Positions 38,963 through 48,833 of a stretch of DNA of 64,000 nucleotides are shown here, in pieces. Where the stretch lies: the NCBI GenBank assembly GCA_018263395.1, contig JAANXF010000017.1, forward strand, positions 16,001 through 80,000, written 5' to 3'. The notes under the pieces were generated by a model. It was not told where the DNA came from, searched no databases, and saw only the letters and a program-made list of their open reading frames with translations. The position numbers and the translations under genes were made by a program. Source of the DNA: Methanonatronarchaeales archaeon. GTDB lineage: Archaea > Halobacteriota > Methanonatronarchaeia > JAANXF01. Every line of letters begins with the position of its first letter. The stretch's first letter is position 1.

Positions 38963-39259
38963 ATGCTTGTAACCGCGATGGACCCGCTGGGGAACCTGAT
39001 AGAGCTGGGCGAGGAGAGGTGGGGACACATAGTCACGGGGCACCCGGAGATGGAGAGCAGGCTAAAGGAGGTTGAAACCGCTCTGAGGGACCCGGACCTG
39101 GTGCGGAGGAGCAGGTACGACGACGAGGTAAACCTGTACTACAGGCGGATCGGCGAGGATTACGTCTGCGTCGTGGCGAATCCGCTCAAGGGATTCGTCC
39201 TCACGTCCTACGTGACAGAAGCTATAAAGGAGGGAGCGGAGATATGGAGGAAGGGATGA
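38963..39259 (+). CDS. Small putative toxin-like protein paired with a DUF2283 protein
   Basis: The sequence is MLVTAMDPLGNLIELGEERWGHIVTGHPEMESRLKEVETALRDPDLVRRS...VCVVANPLKGFVLTSY. It overlaps the downstream DUF2283-like ORF. The family assignment (DUF4258-like) comes from memory of gene pairing only. The start is uncertain (an alternative TTG lies near 38933). Confidence 0.45.
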   Translation: MLVTAMDPLGNLIELGEERWGHIVTGHPEMESRLKEVETALRDPDLVRRSRYDDEVNLYYRRIGEDYVCVVANPLKGFVLTSYVTEAIKEGAEIWRKG

Positions 39260-39450
39260 GGGTCCACTACGACGAGGAGGGCGACGTGCTCTACCTCAAT
39301 CTGAAGCCCGGAGCAGAGGCCGTCGCCGAGGAGACCGGGGACGAGACGCTCGTCCGGAAGGACCCAGAGACGGGGGAGATCGTCGGCTACACCGTTATGC
39401 ACTTCCGTAAGAGAGCCGGCCAGAAGAAGGGAATCGAACTCGAAGCCTGA
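39244..39450 (+). CDS. DUF2283-like small protein (putative antitoxin)
   Basis: RVHYDEEGDVLYLNLKPG...DPETGEIVGYTVMHF matches the YDxExDxLYIxL pattern of DUF2283. Confidence 0.6.
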   Translation: MEEGMRVHYDEEGDVLYLNLKPGAEAVAEETGDETLVRKDPETGEIVGYTVMHFRKRAGQKKGIELEA

Positions 39451-39456
39451 AGTACC

Positions 39457-39588
39457 CGCCTCACCGATTATCTCTATCCTCCTGATTACGGCGTCCTGAA
39501 GCTGGCGTGATTCGAGAAAATCGTCCCTGGTGCTTCCCTCCACGTAGCCCTCTATCAGCTCCACGGATTCGAGGAGGGGAGACATCAT
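39457..39588 (-). pseudogene. N-terminal remnant (about 44 codons) of a HepT/DUF86 HEPN gene
   Basis: MMSPLLESVELIEGYVEGSTRDDFLESRQLQDAVIRRIEIIGEA is the conserved DUF86 N-terminal half. The RxxxxH half is missing, and the ORF continues as antisense of the DUF2283 gene. Confidence 0.6.
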
Positions 39589-39611
39589 TGTTGGACCGTG
39601 TACATGTGGTG

Positions 39612-39829
39612 ATGGAGTTCTACGCCTCTGAGGAGCTCAGGGACGACAGGGAGCGGGGAGAGGAGGTGTACGGGAAGTTCCTGGAGGAGATGGAGGCGGA
39701 TCACCCGTCAAAGTCGTGGCTATCGACTTCGACGAGGGGGAAGTCATCCGCGTCGCCGAGGGGGACGTCGAGGAAATCAGCCGCAGGGTCAAGGGCGGCA
39801 CGGCGGAGAGACACGGCCTGACCGGATGA
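39612..39829 (+). pseudogene. Small (about 72-aa) protein with an apparent 1-nt deletion
   Basis: The sequence MEFYASEELRDDRERGEEVYGKFLEEMEADHP is followed, in another frame, by the sensible continuation VKVVAIDFDEGEVIRVAEGDVEEISRRVKGG...-stop. The switch is near 39702-39709. The span is 218 nt, which is 3n-1. Confidence 0.4.
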
Positions 39830-39926
39830 TGCTTACGGCTTTCCTAAAAAGTAGTCCTGTTCCAACGTCCAGCCGTATCTCCGGACACTCGAAACAAATT
39901 TACGTGATTGTATCTAATCACACCCT

Positions 39927-40181
39927 ATGGCGAAGATGAGGTCGGTGCAGGTCCGGTTTCCGGAGGAGGAGCTGAGGCGCATCGACAGGTACGTGGAGAG
40001 GGGAGAGTACCCCTCGCGGTCGGAGTTCATCAGGGACGCCGTTCGTAAGGCGGAGGCCATCCGTTCCATCGGGACCATGAGGCGCCTCGTCGAGGATGAG
40101 GGCCTGACCGAGCAGGAGCTGGTCGAGGGTGGAATGGAGGTCCGGGAGGAGCTGTTCAGAGAGCTCGTCGGGGACGGGTGA
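39927..40181 (+). CDS. Ribbon-helix-helix (CopG-like) antitoxin
   Basis: SVQVRFPEEELRRIDRYVERGEYPSRSEFIRDAVRKA is a classic RHH. It lies directly upstream of a PIN gene. Confidence 0.8.
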   Translation: MAKMRSVQVRFPEEELRRIDRYVERGEYPSRSEFIRDAVRKAEAIRSIGTMRRLVEDEGLTEQELVEGGMEVREELFRELVGDG

Positions 40182-40182
40182 C

Positions 40183-40589
40183 GTGAAGGTCCTGCTGGAT
40201 TCCTCGACGCTCTACTCCGCTATCGCCTACGACGGAAACGAGAGCGACCTGCTGAAGGCTGTCATCGAGAGGCACCAGCCGGTCATCTCCGACTACGTCC
40301 TCGAAGAGCTGCGGAGGAACTTCTCCCGGAAGCTCTCGGGCCACCGCAGGGACGAGGTCCTGCCGAACTGGAAACCCTCGCCTCCGCCTGCGAGGTCAGG
40401 GAGATGGCCGAGTACTCGGGAAATATCGATGAAGCGAGGTCGATTATAAGCGACAAGGACTCACCGGTCCTCGCGTGCGCCATGCTTCCCGAAGTAGACC
40501 TGCTTATCACCAGCGACGCAGAGTTCGGAGAGGCGGAGCACCCCGACGTGAGGGTAGCCTTCCCGGATGGTGCGTGGGAAGCGATATAG
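40183..40589 (+). pseudogene. vapC: PIN-domain (VapC-like) toxin with an apparent 1-nt deletion
   Basis: The N-terminal frame reads (V)KVLLDSSTLYSAIAY...VISDYVLEELRRNF...RRDEVL. The C-terminal frame reads AELETLASACEV...DKDSPVLACAMLPEVDLLITSDAEF. The switch is near 40358-40365. The span is 407 nt, which is 3n-1. Confidence 0.7.
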
Positions 40590-40684
40590 TCCTTAATTCA
40601 ACGCGTCAGAACCAGATGAACCTGCTCTGAATACTTTCTCTGTCCTCTCCGCAAACGGGTTGTGTCTGGGTTACTGTTAATAGG

Positions 40685-42595
40685 TTGAAATCACACATCG
40701 AGGTGTCCTGGAGGGGATGGAGAAGTGCCCGTAAAGAGGCTGCCAGTGGTGAGGATTTGAGTGCGACCCCGAGAAAAAGTGCCGAGGACCTCGCCGAGGA
40801 CCAGCGCCAGATATCCATAGCGGAGTTCTTCGAGAAGAACAGGCAGATACTGGGCTTCGACTCGTCCACGAGGGCGCTGATAACGAGCGTGAAGGAGGGC
40901 GTGGACAACGCGCTGGACGCCTGCGAGGAGGCCGGGCACCTGCCGAATACCCTGGTCGAGATAAGCGAGACGGACGAGGGCTACTACCGGGTGGCCATCG
41001 AGGACGACGGCCCCGGAATCGTGAGGGAGCAGATACCGAAGATTTTCGGGAAGCTGCTGTACGGGTCCAGGTTCCACGCCAACAGGCAGTCCAGGGGGCA
41101 GCAGGGGATCGGGATAAGCGCGGCGGTGCTCTACTCGCAGCTCACCACGGGCACGCCCGCCAGGATAATCAGCAAGACGGGCTCCGACAGTGACGCTCAC
41201 CTCTACGAACTCATAATCGACACCGCCAGCAACGAGCCGGAGATATCGAGGGACGAGGTCTACGACTGGGACAGGCCACGGGGGACCCGCATCGAGCTGC
41301 TGATGGACGGGCGCTACATCCGGGTCAGGAAACAGTCGATATACACCTACATCAAGAACACCGCGACCGTGAACCCTCACGCCACACTGACCCTGGTGGA
41401 GCCCGACGGGAACAGGGAGACCTTCAGCAGGGCGGTCTACGACCTCCCGCCGGAACCCAGGGAGATAGAGGTCCACCCGCTGGGAATCGAGCTAGGTCAG
41501 CTGATGAAGATGCTGAAGGAGACCGACTCCTACAAGCTCTCCGGGTTCCTGACCTCGGAGTTCAACAGGCTCGGAAGCACCAACGCGGAGAAGATATGCG
41601 AGGCAGCCGACCTCCCGGTGGGCAGGCGTCCCTCGAAGATGGAGAGGGAGGAGGCGAGGAGGCTGCTGGACGCCTTCGAGGAGGTGAACCTGGTCCCTCC
41701 CCCGGTCGACTGCCTTTCCCCCATCGGCGAGGACGGGATATACAGGGGTCTGGAGAAGGAGTACCCGGGCGCCGAGCTCATCTCTGCCACCACCCGAAAC
41801 CCAGAGGTGTACGGCGGCAGCCCGTTCACGGTAGAGGCGGGAATCGCCTACGGGGGCGACCTGGAGAGCGAGGGCAGGGCGGACCTGCTCAGGTTCGCCA
41901 ACAGGGTTCCGCTGCTCTACCAGAGGGGCGCCTGCGCGATAGCCTCCGCGGTCGAACGGATAAACTGGAAGACCTACGAACTGACGCACAGGGGCAACAA
42001 CGGGATGCCGGAGGGCCCCGTCGTCATGCTGGTCCACGTCGCCTCGACGAACGTGCCCTTCACGTCGGAGAGCAAGGTCGCGATCGCGGACATACCGGCC
42101 ATCAAGGACGAGGTGGAGAACGCGCTGCGCGAGGTCGCCAGGGACATGAGGCGGCACGTGAAGCGCCGCAAGAAGCTCCAGGAGCGCCGCAAGAAGGAGT
42201 CGGTGGTGAAGAGAATACTGCCCAGGATAGCGGAGAAGAGCGCCGAGGTCAGCGGGGGAGAGGCCCCCTCCGTGCGGCCCGTCGTCGCGAAGATAATGAA
42301 CAGTGTCCTGGTGGCCAGGGAGACGGAGAGCGTGGGGGGAAGGGACGTCACGAGGCTCAGGGTGGCGAACTTCGACTCGAGGAGCCGCGACCTCAGGGTC
42401 TCCTACACCGCGCCGGGGGAGGCGGAGTCGGCCTCGCCCCCGCCCTCCGTCGAGAGACGGGACGGCGGGTTCAGGCACACCTGGAGGGTCACAGTTGACA
42501 GCGGCGGAGTCGAGGAGGTGGAGATGATAGGGGGAGGCGAGGGAGAGGTAACTGTTTCCGGCGTGGAGCCGGAGGACGTGGTAATCGATGGATAG
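40685..42595 (+). CDS. top6B: DNA topoisomerase VI subunit B
   Basis: It has [17 protein letters not shown], the GHKL motifs [15 protein letters not shown] and GQQGIGISA, and a transducer domain. The start is uncertain: TTG at 40685, or TTG at 40757 downstream of a TATA-like ttaatagg. Confidence 0.9.
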   Translation: MKSHIEVSWRGWRSARKEAASGEDLSATPRKSAEDLAEDQRQISIAEFFEKNRQILGFDSSTRALITSVKEGVDNALDACEEAGHLPNTLVEISETDEGYYRVAIEDDGPGIVREQIPKIFGKLLYGSRFHANRQSRGQQGIGISAAVLYSQLTTGTPARIISKTGSDSDAHLYELIIDTASNEPEISRDEVYDWDRPRGTRIELLMDGRYIRVRKQSIYTYIKNTATVNPHATLTLVEPDGNRETFSRAVYDLPPEPREIEVHPLGIELGQLMKMLKETDSYKLSGFLTSEFNRLGSTNAEKICEAADLPVGRRPSKMEREEARRLLDAFEEVNLVPPPVDCLSPIGEDGIYRGLEKEYPGAELISATTRNPEVYGGSPFTVEAGIAYGGDLESEGRADLLRFANRVPLLYQRGACAIASAVERINWKTYELTHRGNNGMPEGPVVMLVHVASTNVPFTSESKVAIADIPAIKDEVENALREVARDMRRHVKRRKKLQERRKKESVVKRILPRIAEKSAEVSGGEAPSVRPVVAKIMNSVLVARETESVGGRDVTRLRVANFDSRSRDLRVSYTAPGEAESASPPPSVERRDGGFRHTWRVTVDSGGVEEVEMIGGGEGEVTVSGVEPEDVVIDG

Positions 42596-43667
42596 GGACG
42601 CCGAGACGGTCGAGGCGATAGTGGAGCTGGCCGGCGGCATCAGGGGCCAGATAGAGGACTGGGAGGTGCCGAGGGTCGAGGTGCCGACGCGATCGAAGGC
42701 GAACATAGAGTTCGACGAGGGGAGCCGGGTCTGGAAGTACGGCGACCGGACCTCCACGCGCAGCGCCAAGAGCGTCAGGGGCGCCTACCGCCTCCTGAAG
42801 CTTCTCTACACGGTCGGGTTCTTCAGGGAGCAGCTGGAGCAGGACCGCTCCTCGACGCTGAGGGAGATGTACTACATCTCGGAGAACTGGAGCGACGCGA
42901 AGTTCCGGGAGCAGGGCGAGAGCGACAAGCTCATAGAGGACCTCGAGATAGTCACGGGCCTGAAGAGGGAGAACTTCCACGTGCGGCCGGAGGAGGACGG
43001 CGCCACCGTGCTGGGCCCGCTCCGCATAAGGGAGAAGACCAGGAGGGGGGAGCGCGAGATACACTGCCAGGAGGACGTCGGGGAGGGAGGCTACCAGGTG
43101 CCGAACAACCTGGAGAACGTCGAGTTCCTGGAGCACGACGCCGAGCTCGTCGTGGCCGTGGAGACCGGCGGCATGAGGGACCGGCTCGTGGAGAACGGGT
43201 TCGACGAGGAGTACGGCGCGATACTGGTCCACCTGAAGGGGCAGCCCAGCCGCTCCACGAGGAGGCTGGTAAAGCGGTTGAACGAGGAGCAGGGCCTCCC
43301 CGTGGCTGTCTTCACGGACGGCGACCCGTGGAGCTACCGCATCTTCGGCTCCGTGGCCTACGGCTCTATAAAGTCCGCCCACCTCTCCGAGTACATGGCG
43401 ACGCCGGACGCGAGGTTCCTCGGCGTTCGGCCGTCGGACATAACGGACTACGACCTGCCGAGCGACGACCTGACGGACCAGGATATACGGGCCCTCCGCA
43501 ACATGAAGACGGACCCCAGGTTCGAGGACGACTTCTGGAGCGGGGAGATAGAGCTCCAGCTCGACCTCGGGAGAAAGTCGGAGCAGCAGTCCCTCGCCAA
43601 GTACGGCCTCGACTACGTCACGGAGACCTACCTGCCGGAGCGACTCGGCGAGATGGGGCTGGCTTAG
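42588..43667 (+). CDS. top6A: DNA topoisomerase VI subunit A (Spo11 homologue)
   Basis: The 359-aa ORF has LREMYYISE (active-site Tyr region) and Toprim VVAVETGGM...[11 protein letters not shown]. It overlaps the top6B stop. Confidence 0.92.
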   Translation: MDRDAETVEAIVELAGGIRGQIEDWEVPRVEVPTRSKANIEFDEGSRVWKYGDRTSTRSAKSVRGAYRLLKLLYTVGFFREQLEQDRSSTLREMYYISENWSDAKFREQGESDKLIEDLEIVTGLKRENFHVRPEEDGATVLGPLRIREKTRRGEREIHCQEDVGEGGYQVPNNLENVEFLEHDAELVVAVETGGMRDRLVENGFDEEYGAILVHLKGQPSRSTRRLVKRLNEEQGLPVAVFTDGDPWSYRIFGSVAYGSIKSAHLSEYMATPDARFLGVRPSDITDYDLPSDDLTDQDIRALRNMKTDPRFEDDFWSGEIELQLDLGRKSEQQSLAKYGLDYVTETYLPERLGEMGLA

Positions 43668-43705
43668 GGCAGTTTTTATCTCCGACACAGACTGATGAAA
43701 AGGGG

Positions 43706-44110
43706 ATGAACGGGAAGAGGGTTAACGCGAAATCAGCGGTGACGACCCTCATCTACGCAGCGCTGAGTATCCTGCTCATCTTGGCCTTCGCCCTCCTTCA
43801 GCCCGTCTTTACCCCAAGTTCGACGTCCTTCCCGCTCATAGTGCAGAATCAGGATCACGTGAATCATACGATAGACGTGACTCTTCTGAACGGTTCGGGC
43901 GAGGCGGTTTTTGGGGAGCAGTTATACGTGGAGGAATTGGGGAGTGACCGGACGCACGTCGACTTGTCCCATGAGAGATACGTAGCTAAGGTTGAGGTGG
44001 ACGGCGTCGAGGTGCGACGCTCTCTCTGGGCCGACTCCGTACGCGTGGACATCATCGTGGGTAGAGTCGATGGCGAACTGGATGTGCAGATACTGCCCGC
44101 GATTACCTGA
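43706..44110 (+). CDS. Small membrane-anchored hypothetical protein (134 aa)
   Basis: MNGKRVNAKSAVTTLIYAALSILLILAFALL is an N-terminal TM anchor, followed by a beta-rich segment. The start is at an internal ATG of track ORF 43328. Confidence 0.5.
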   Translation: MNGKRVNAKSAVTTLIYAALSILLILAFALLQPVFTPSSTSFPLIVQNQDHVNHTIDVTLLNGSGEAVFGEQLYVEELGSDRTHVDLSHERYVAKVEVDGVEVRRSLWADSVRVDIIVGRVDGELDVQILPAIT

Positions 44111-44133
44111 GAGTTTTCTTAACTCCTATTCGT

Positions 44134-44373
44134 GTGAATGAGGGGGAGGAGGCATTGGTGGTCCCACCACTCTCATCCTCTTCTCAGCACCGTTTTCAAG
44201 GCCTCCCGTTCAGGCGTTTCGCGTCATCCGTGACTACCGGTGCATCAATACCTGAGGAGCTGAGGGAGGATGGCGTCATGGAAGTCGCAAGAACGGAGGG
44301 TGACAAGAAGGTCTACCGGTTAACCGAAGAGGGGGAGTTGCTGCTAACGGCCGTTGGGAAGGAGAATAGCTGA
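44134..44373 (+). CDS. Questionable ORF with a winged-helix-like C-terminus; possibly a degraded regulator
   Basis: The C-terminal IPEELREDGVMEVARTEGDKKVYRLTEEGELLL resembles the wing of a PadR/MarR-type wHTH. The N-terminal half looks non-protein-like. Confidence 0.25.
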   Translation: MNEGEEALVVPPLSSSSQHRFQGLPFRRFASSVTTGASIPEELREDGVMEVARTEGDKKVYRLTEEGELLLTAVGKENS

Positions 44374-44661
44374 CTTTTCGTGTGTCCGCCGAGCCGCAAC
44401 ATTTTAACGTTCGACCGGTGCAGGTCGTAGTGGTTCCATGTCCGGGAGTCCAGGTACAGGGGGCCTTCTGGAAGTAGGAGATTGTTGTCTTCGTTGTCTT
44501 CGAGGCGCAGAAAGCTCCTGTGGAGTTTCGAGTTCGCACGTCGCGTCGAGAATGAACTCGGGGACTGGCAGGAGAGGGTGGTAATGTTCGGGCCCGTAGC
44601 AGGGATTAGGGGCGTGAGGTAGCGACGTGGGGGTCGTGAGCGAGCGGTCTCGAAAAGATAG

Positions 44662-45096
44662 GTGCAGTCGGAGCCAGTTTTATGGCTGTCGGGTGCGTAC
44701 TTTAAGACGGTGGCTTCCGGCTCAGTCGAGGAGAAGGCCTACAAGGCGCGTGAACTCGTAGAGGAGGGCGAGTTCGACTACCAGCGGGCCCTCGACATGG
44801 AGGGGGAGTTTAGGCCCCGGAAGGTATCTTCTCGGGCCTGCGAGGCCGTGTTCCACGCCCTGGTGGAGTTGACCGACGTGGTCCTGGCAAGGCATGGCAG
44901 GGTGTCGCCCAAGAACCACGAGGGTCGCGTGAACGCCCTGCTCGACGTAGGTAGAAGCGACCTGGCGGACCTGTACGAGGAGGCCATGTTCAGGCTGCAC
45001 GACCAGGGTTACTACGAGCAGAAGCTCTGGCCCAGGGCGAAGGAGACCATCGACAGGGTGAAGGCGATGGTCGAGAAGGAGCTCGGGCCGGAGTAA
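44662..45096 (+). CDS. PaREP1-like/HEPN-like helical protein
   Basis: AYKARELVEEGEFDYQRALDM...SSRACEAVFHALVELTDVVLARHG...HEGRVNALLDVGRSDLADLYEEAMFRLHDQGYYE fits the archaeal PaREP1 pattern as I remember it. Confidence 0.5.
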   Translation: MQSEPVLWLSGAYFKTVASGSVEEKAYKARELVEEGEFDYQRALDMEGEFRPRKVSSRACEAVFHALVELTDVVLARHGRVSPKNHEGRVNALLDVGRSDLADLYEEAMFRLHDQGYYEQKLWPRAKETIDRVKAMVEKELGPE

Positions 45097-45397
45097 CGAG
45101 GCAATCGAGCCTGTTCACCTTTTGGCCGGAAGGTTTTGGCGTTTGGTCAGTTGTAGGTCTTAGCAGGTTCTATCTCTGAGTCCTCGGGGTGTAGGCAGGG
45201 GGATGCCCTTCGGGACTCGAGGATTGCGGATCTTCTGCGTCGCAGGAAACTCCGGCGAAGTTTTTCGAATTTGCCCGGCGGGTCGGGGAGCACCTCGAAC
45301 AGGCGCAGACGGACCTCAAAAACGTTGCCAAGAGACCTCTTCCGCCAGGAAAAAGATAAATCCCTCGCGGCCGAGAAGTTTTTCTGAGGTATTCTAG

Positions 45398-46588
45398 TTG
45401 ACCGAGATACGTCCGGATGTAAACTGGGTCGGCGCCATCGACTGGGACATCAGGGAGTGCGGGGCGTACACCACGCCTCACGGCACGACGTACAACTCGT
45501 ACCTCGTCGAGGGCGAGGAATCCACGGCGCTGGTGGACGCCGTGAAGCGGGGGTTCGCAGACCAGGTTCTCTACAGGATACGGAAACACATGGATCCCGG
45601 AGAGGTGGATTACCTGGTCTGTCTTCACGCCGAACCGGACCACGCAGGCGACATCGGGGCACTCGCGGAGGCCACCGGGGCGGAGGTCGTTTGCCGCGAG
45701 AAGTGCAGGGATGCACTGGAGGGACACCTCGCCGGCGACCTGGACTACGTTTCGAGGGAGGACGGCGAGACGCTGGAACTCGGCGAAAGGAGCCTGCGCG
45801 TGATCGACGCCTCCATGCTGCACTGGCCCGATTCGACGTTTGCGTACCTGGAGGACGAGAACGTCCTGTTCCCAAACGATGCATTCGGGCAGCACGTCGC
45901 CTCCTCTACGAGATTCGCGGACGAGACGCGTTGGGTGATGGAGGAGGCCACGAGGTACTACGCCGCCATCCTGCAGATGTACTCCGGACTGGTCTCCCGG
46001 AAGCTGGAGGAGCTGGGCGAGCTCGAAATCGACGTGATCGCACCCGCGCACGGAACCGTGTGGCGACCGGCAGAGGAGGCGGCCGGGGACGGCCCGACCG
46101 TCGGGGACGTGCTCGAGAAGTACGGGCAGTGGAGCGGGAGTGTCCGCAGGGACAAGGCGGTGGTGGCGTACGACACGATGTGGGGCTCCACGGGCAAGAT
46201 GGCGCGGGCCATCGCGGAGGGCCTGATGGAGGGCGGCTACGACGCAAGGGTGTACCACCTTCGCAGCAGCGACTTCACCGACGTGGCGGCGGAGATCCTG
46301 GAGAGCAGGGCCCTCTTCCTCGGCTCCCCGACCATAAACAGCACGATTTACCCGAGTGTGGGCGAGTTCCTGACCTTCCTTGAGGGGCTCAGGCACGGCG
46401 GAGACGCCCTCGCGTTCGGTTCCTACGGGTGGGCCTCCGCGGCGGAGAGGGAGCTATCGGAACAGCTTCGGGAAGCCGGCTTCGACGTCGACGAGGGACT
46501 GACGTCCAGGTACGTCCCGGCCGACGACGCCCTGGTGGCGTACAGGCGGCTGGGGAGGGAATACGCCGAGGCCCACCGCGCACCGTAA
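45398..46588 (+). CDS. fprA: Flavodiiron protein (FprA-type: metallo-beta-lactamase-like plus flavodoxin domains)
   Basis: It has YNSYLVEGEESTALVD, the diiron motif CLHAEPDHAGD, a flavodoxin-like C-terminal half (AVVAYDTMWGSTGKMA) and a TTG start. Confidence 0.85.
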   Translation: MTEIRPDVNWVGAIDWDIRECGAYTTPHGTTYNSYLVEGEESTALVDAVKRGFADQVLYRIRKHMDPGEVDYLVCLHAEPDHAGDIGALAEATGAEVVCREKCRDALEGHLAGDLDYVSREDGETLELGERSLRVIDASMLHWPDSTFAYLEDENVLFPNDAFGQHVASSTRFADETRWVMEEATRYYAAILQMYSGLVSRKLEELGELEIDVIAPAHGTVWRPAEEAAGDGPTVGDVLEKYGQWSGSVRRDKAVVAYDTMWGSTGKMARAIAEGLMEGGYDARVYHLRSSDFTDVAAEILESRALFLGSPTINSTIYPSVGEFLTFLEGLRHGGDALAFGSYGWASAAERELSEQLREAGFDVDEGLTSRYVPADDALVAYRRLGREYAEAHRAP

Positions 46589-46694
46589 CATTTTTATACT
46601 TGGAGTCACTTCTCATCCCGTTGTATCTTACCGAGGGTGCTCAGGCGGTTTTCGGACTCGTTTGCCGGTCGCCGGGGCGCGGGGGTAACCAGAG

Positions 46695-47705
46695 TTGGTC
46701 GAATCTGAGGAGTTAAAGAGCAGCGTAGAGGTAGAGGAGGGGGAGAAGCGTGCCGAGGCCGAAACCGGGACGAAGAGGGAGTCCCAGGGCGAGTACGAGG
46801 AGGAGCTGAAGTGTCCCGAGTGCGAGTCCCCTGAGCTGAGGCATGATTACAAGCGCGCGGAGCTGGTGTGTGACGACTGCGGACTCGTGGTCGACGACGC
46901 CTTCATAGACACGGGTCCCGAGTGGAGGGCCTTCGACAACGAGCAGAGGCAGAAGAGGGCGAGGACCGGTGCCCCCATGACGATGACGCAGCACGACAAG
47001 GGCCTTACCTCCGTTATAGGGAGCGACGACACGGACTCCTACGGCTCGCCGCTATCATCGAGCAAGCAGCAGCAGTTCTACCGGCTGAAGAAGTGGCAGC
47101 GCCGCGCGAGGCTGTCCGACTCGAACGAGCGGAACATGGCGCTCGCGCTCGGGGAGATCAACCGCATGTCCTCGCAGCTCGACATACCGCAGTCCATACA
47201 GGAGACGGCGTCCGTGATATACCGCTCGGCGACGAAGGCCGACCTGATACGTGGCCGCTCCATAGAGGGGGTTTCCGGTGCCGCGCTCTACATCGCGTGC
47301 AGGCACCTGAACGTCCCGAGGACGCTGGACGAAATCGCCGAGGTTGCCAGAATTCCGAAAAAGGAGCTGGGCCGCACGTTCCGCTTCATCGCCTCCGAGC
47401 TGAACATAAACATGATGCCGGCCAGCCCCATTGACTACGTCCCGCGATTCTGCTCCAAGCTGGGGGCCTCGCAGGAGGTCCGAAAGGAGGGCGAGGACAT
47501 ACTGAGGAAGGCCAGCGAAATCGGAATCACGTCCGGGCGCTCGCCCACCTCCATCGCCGCAGCCGCCATATACATAGCCGGAATCCAGTGCGGCGAATCC
47601 ATCACGCAGCGCGAGGTGGCGGACGCCACCTGCACCACCGAGGTCACCGTGCGCAACAGGTACAAGGAGCTGGCAGAGGAACTCGACCTGGACCTCAGGG
47701 CGTAG
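46695..47705 (+). CDS. tfb: Transcription initiation factor IIB (TFB)
   Basis: It has the zinc ribbon [27 protein letters not shown], a B-finger region and two cyclin-like repeats ([34 protein letters not shown]). TTTTTATA at 46591-46598 is a candidate TATA box. Confidence 0.92.
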   Translation: MVESEELKSSVEVEEGEKRAEAETGTKRESQGEYEEELKCPECESPELRHDYKRAELVCDDCGLVVDDAFIDTGPEWRAFDNEQRQKRARTGAPMTMTQHDKGLTSVIGSDDTDSYGSPLSSSKQQQFYRLKKWQRRARLSDSNERNMALALGEINRMSSQLDIPQSIQETASVIYRSATKADLIRGRSIEGVSGAALYIACRHLNVPRTLDEIAEVARIPKKELGRTFRFIASELNINMMPASPIDYVPRFCSKLGASQEVRKEGEDILRKASEIGITSGRSPTSIAAAAIYIAGIQCGESITQREVADATCTTEVTVRNRYKELAEELDLDLRA

Positions 47706-47766
47706 AAAGCCCGTAGAGCGGGAGGGAGAGGGGCCGGGCTGAACCCTTCGTACCTATACTTCGTAC

Positions 47767-48672
47767 CTATAGCTCCCGGTACGCCGAGTCCAGCCCGCCG
47801 GCGGCTTCCCGCAGGGCCTCCAGCTCGTGGTCTGCGAGGTCCAGCTCCACGACCTCCTTCACGCCGCCTTCGCCCAGGACGCACGGGACGCCGAGGCAGG
47901 GCCCCTCGATGCCGTACTCCCCGTCCAGCACCACGCTGCAGGGCAGCACCTCGCCGGTGTCGTTCATGACGGCCTCCACGACGTGGGTCAGTCCCCGGGC
48001 CGGGGCAAACTCGGTGGCGTCCTTCCGCTCGATGACCCGCATGGAGCTCTGACGCAGGGACTCCGTTATCTCCCTCCTCTCGTCAGCGGTGAACTCCGGA
48101 GTTTCGCCCCCCACGCTTACCGTGCTGAACACCGGTACCTGGGCCTCGCCGTGCTCGCCGAGCACAGACGCCTCCACGGACGTGACGGGGACGTCGAAGC
48201 GCCGGGAGAGGACGTAGCGGAAGCGGGCGGAGTCCAGGCGCCCGGCGAACCCGATAACCCGGCCCCGGTCCCTGTCACCGGCCTCCAGACCGTACCGGTT
48301 CAGCACGTCCACGGGGTTGGTCGTCGTGATGGAGACCGCATCCGGAGACACCTCCTCGATGGAGCCGAACACGGTACTCACGATGGGCGCGTTGGCTCCG
48401 GCGAGGTCCATCCGGGTCATTCCCGGCCTCCTCGGCCGACCCGCCGTCACCACGAATACGTCAGCGCCCTCCGCGTCCTCGTAGTCGCCCTGGTACACGT
48501 CCGCGTCGGAATCGTACGCGATGGCGTGCATGGTGTCCAGGGCCTGTCCCTGCGCGGCCTCCTCCATGATGTCGATATAAACCAGTTCGTCCACGACCCC
48601 GGTCAGCGCGATTTCGTAACCCGCGGCCGCTCCAACCGTTCCGGCCGCACCCACGACTGCTGCCTTGCGCAT
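47767..48672 (-). CDS. mdh: Malate/L-lactate dehydrogenase family (LDH-like MDH)
   Basis: The sequence is MRKAAVVGAAGTVGAAAGYEIAL...VVTAGRPRRPGMTRMDL...GEHG. I use the internal ATG rather than the over-extended track start (48792). Confidence 0.88.
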   Translation of the reverse strand: MRKAAVVGAAGTVGAAAGYEIALTGVVDELVYIDIMEEAAQGQALDTMHAIAYDSDADVYQGDYEDAEGADVFVVTAGRPRRPGMTRMDLAGANAPIVSTVFGSIEEVSPDAVSITTTNPVDVLNRYGLEAGDRDRGRVIGFAGRLDSARFRYVLSRRFDVPVTSVEASVLGEHGEAQVPVFSTVSVGGETPEFTADERREITESLRQSSMRVIERKDATEFAPARGLTHVVEAVMNDTGEVLPCSVVLDGEYGIEGPCLGVPCVLGEGGVKEVVELDLADHELEALREAAGGLDSAYREL

Positions 48673-48833
48673 GCCCCTCCTATCGTGAGGACGTCCCAAA
48701 AAGATGGCTACGGTCGTCCCTCCACCACCAGTCTGCGGAACCGGTCGCTCCGACCACGTTCCGCCGAAGCGGGGCCTTCCTCCGGTTGCCAAACCCTTAT
48801 TCTCGCTCCCCCCGAAATGGTCTAGGAGGCTAC

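Noticed and set aside
29846-40365. Programmed ribosomal frameshifting as the explanation for the single-nucleotide frame breaks in hepT, the 72-aa ORF and the PIN gene.
   Set aside because: I saw no slippery heptamer plus downstream structure. The breaks sit in simple C/G runs or GC-rich words, and the 5-bp duplication in the neighbouring HEPN gene shows genuine decay. Sequencing error or pseudogenisation is more parsimonious.
40685-43667. Coexistence of Topo VI and gyrase within 15 kb of each other as something unusual.
   Set aside because: Many euryarchaeal lineages are known to encode both. It is noted only as context for the island between them.
44374-44661. Minus-strand protein-like stretches (HYHPLLPVPEFILDATCELE..., ...FLRLEDNEDNNLLLPEGPLYLDSRTWNHYDLHR) containing a 9-bp tandem repeat GAAGACAAC x2.
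   Set aside because: The two stretches are in different frames, with no start codon and no recognisable family. This is probably a decayed gene remnant, and it is not reportable as a feature.
45097-45397. A 300-bp spacer upstream of fprA with a GAGTCC...GGACTC hairpin and a stop-free minus-strand frame (…EVRLRLFEVLPDPPGKFEKLRRSF…); considered as an ncRNA or small gene.
   Set aside because: The stem is only 6-7 bp with a large loop, there is no start codon for the frame, and there is no C/D-box or other ncRNA signature.
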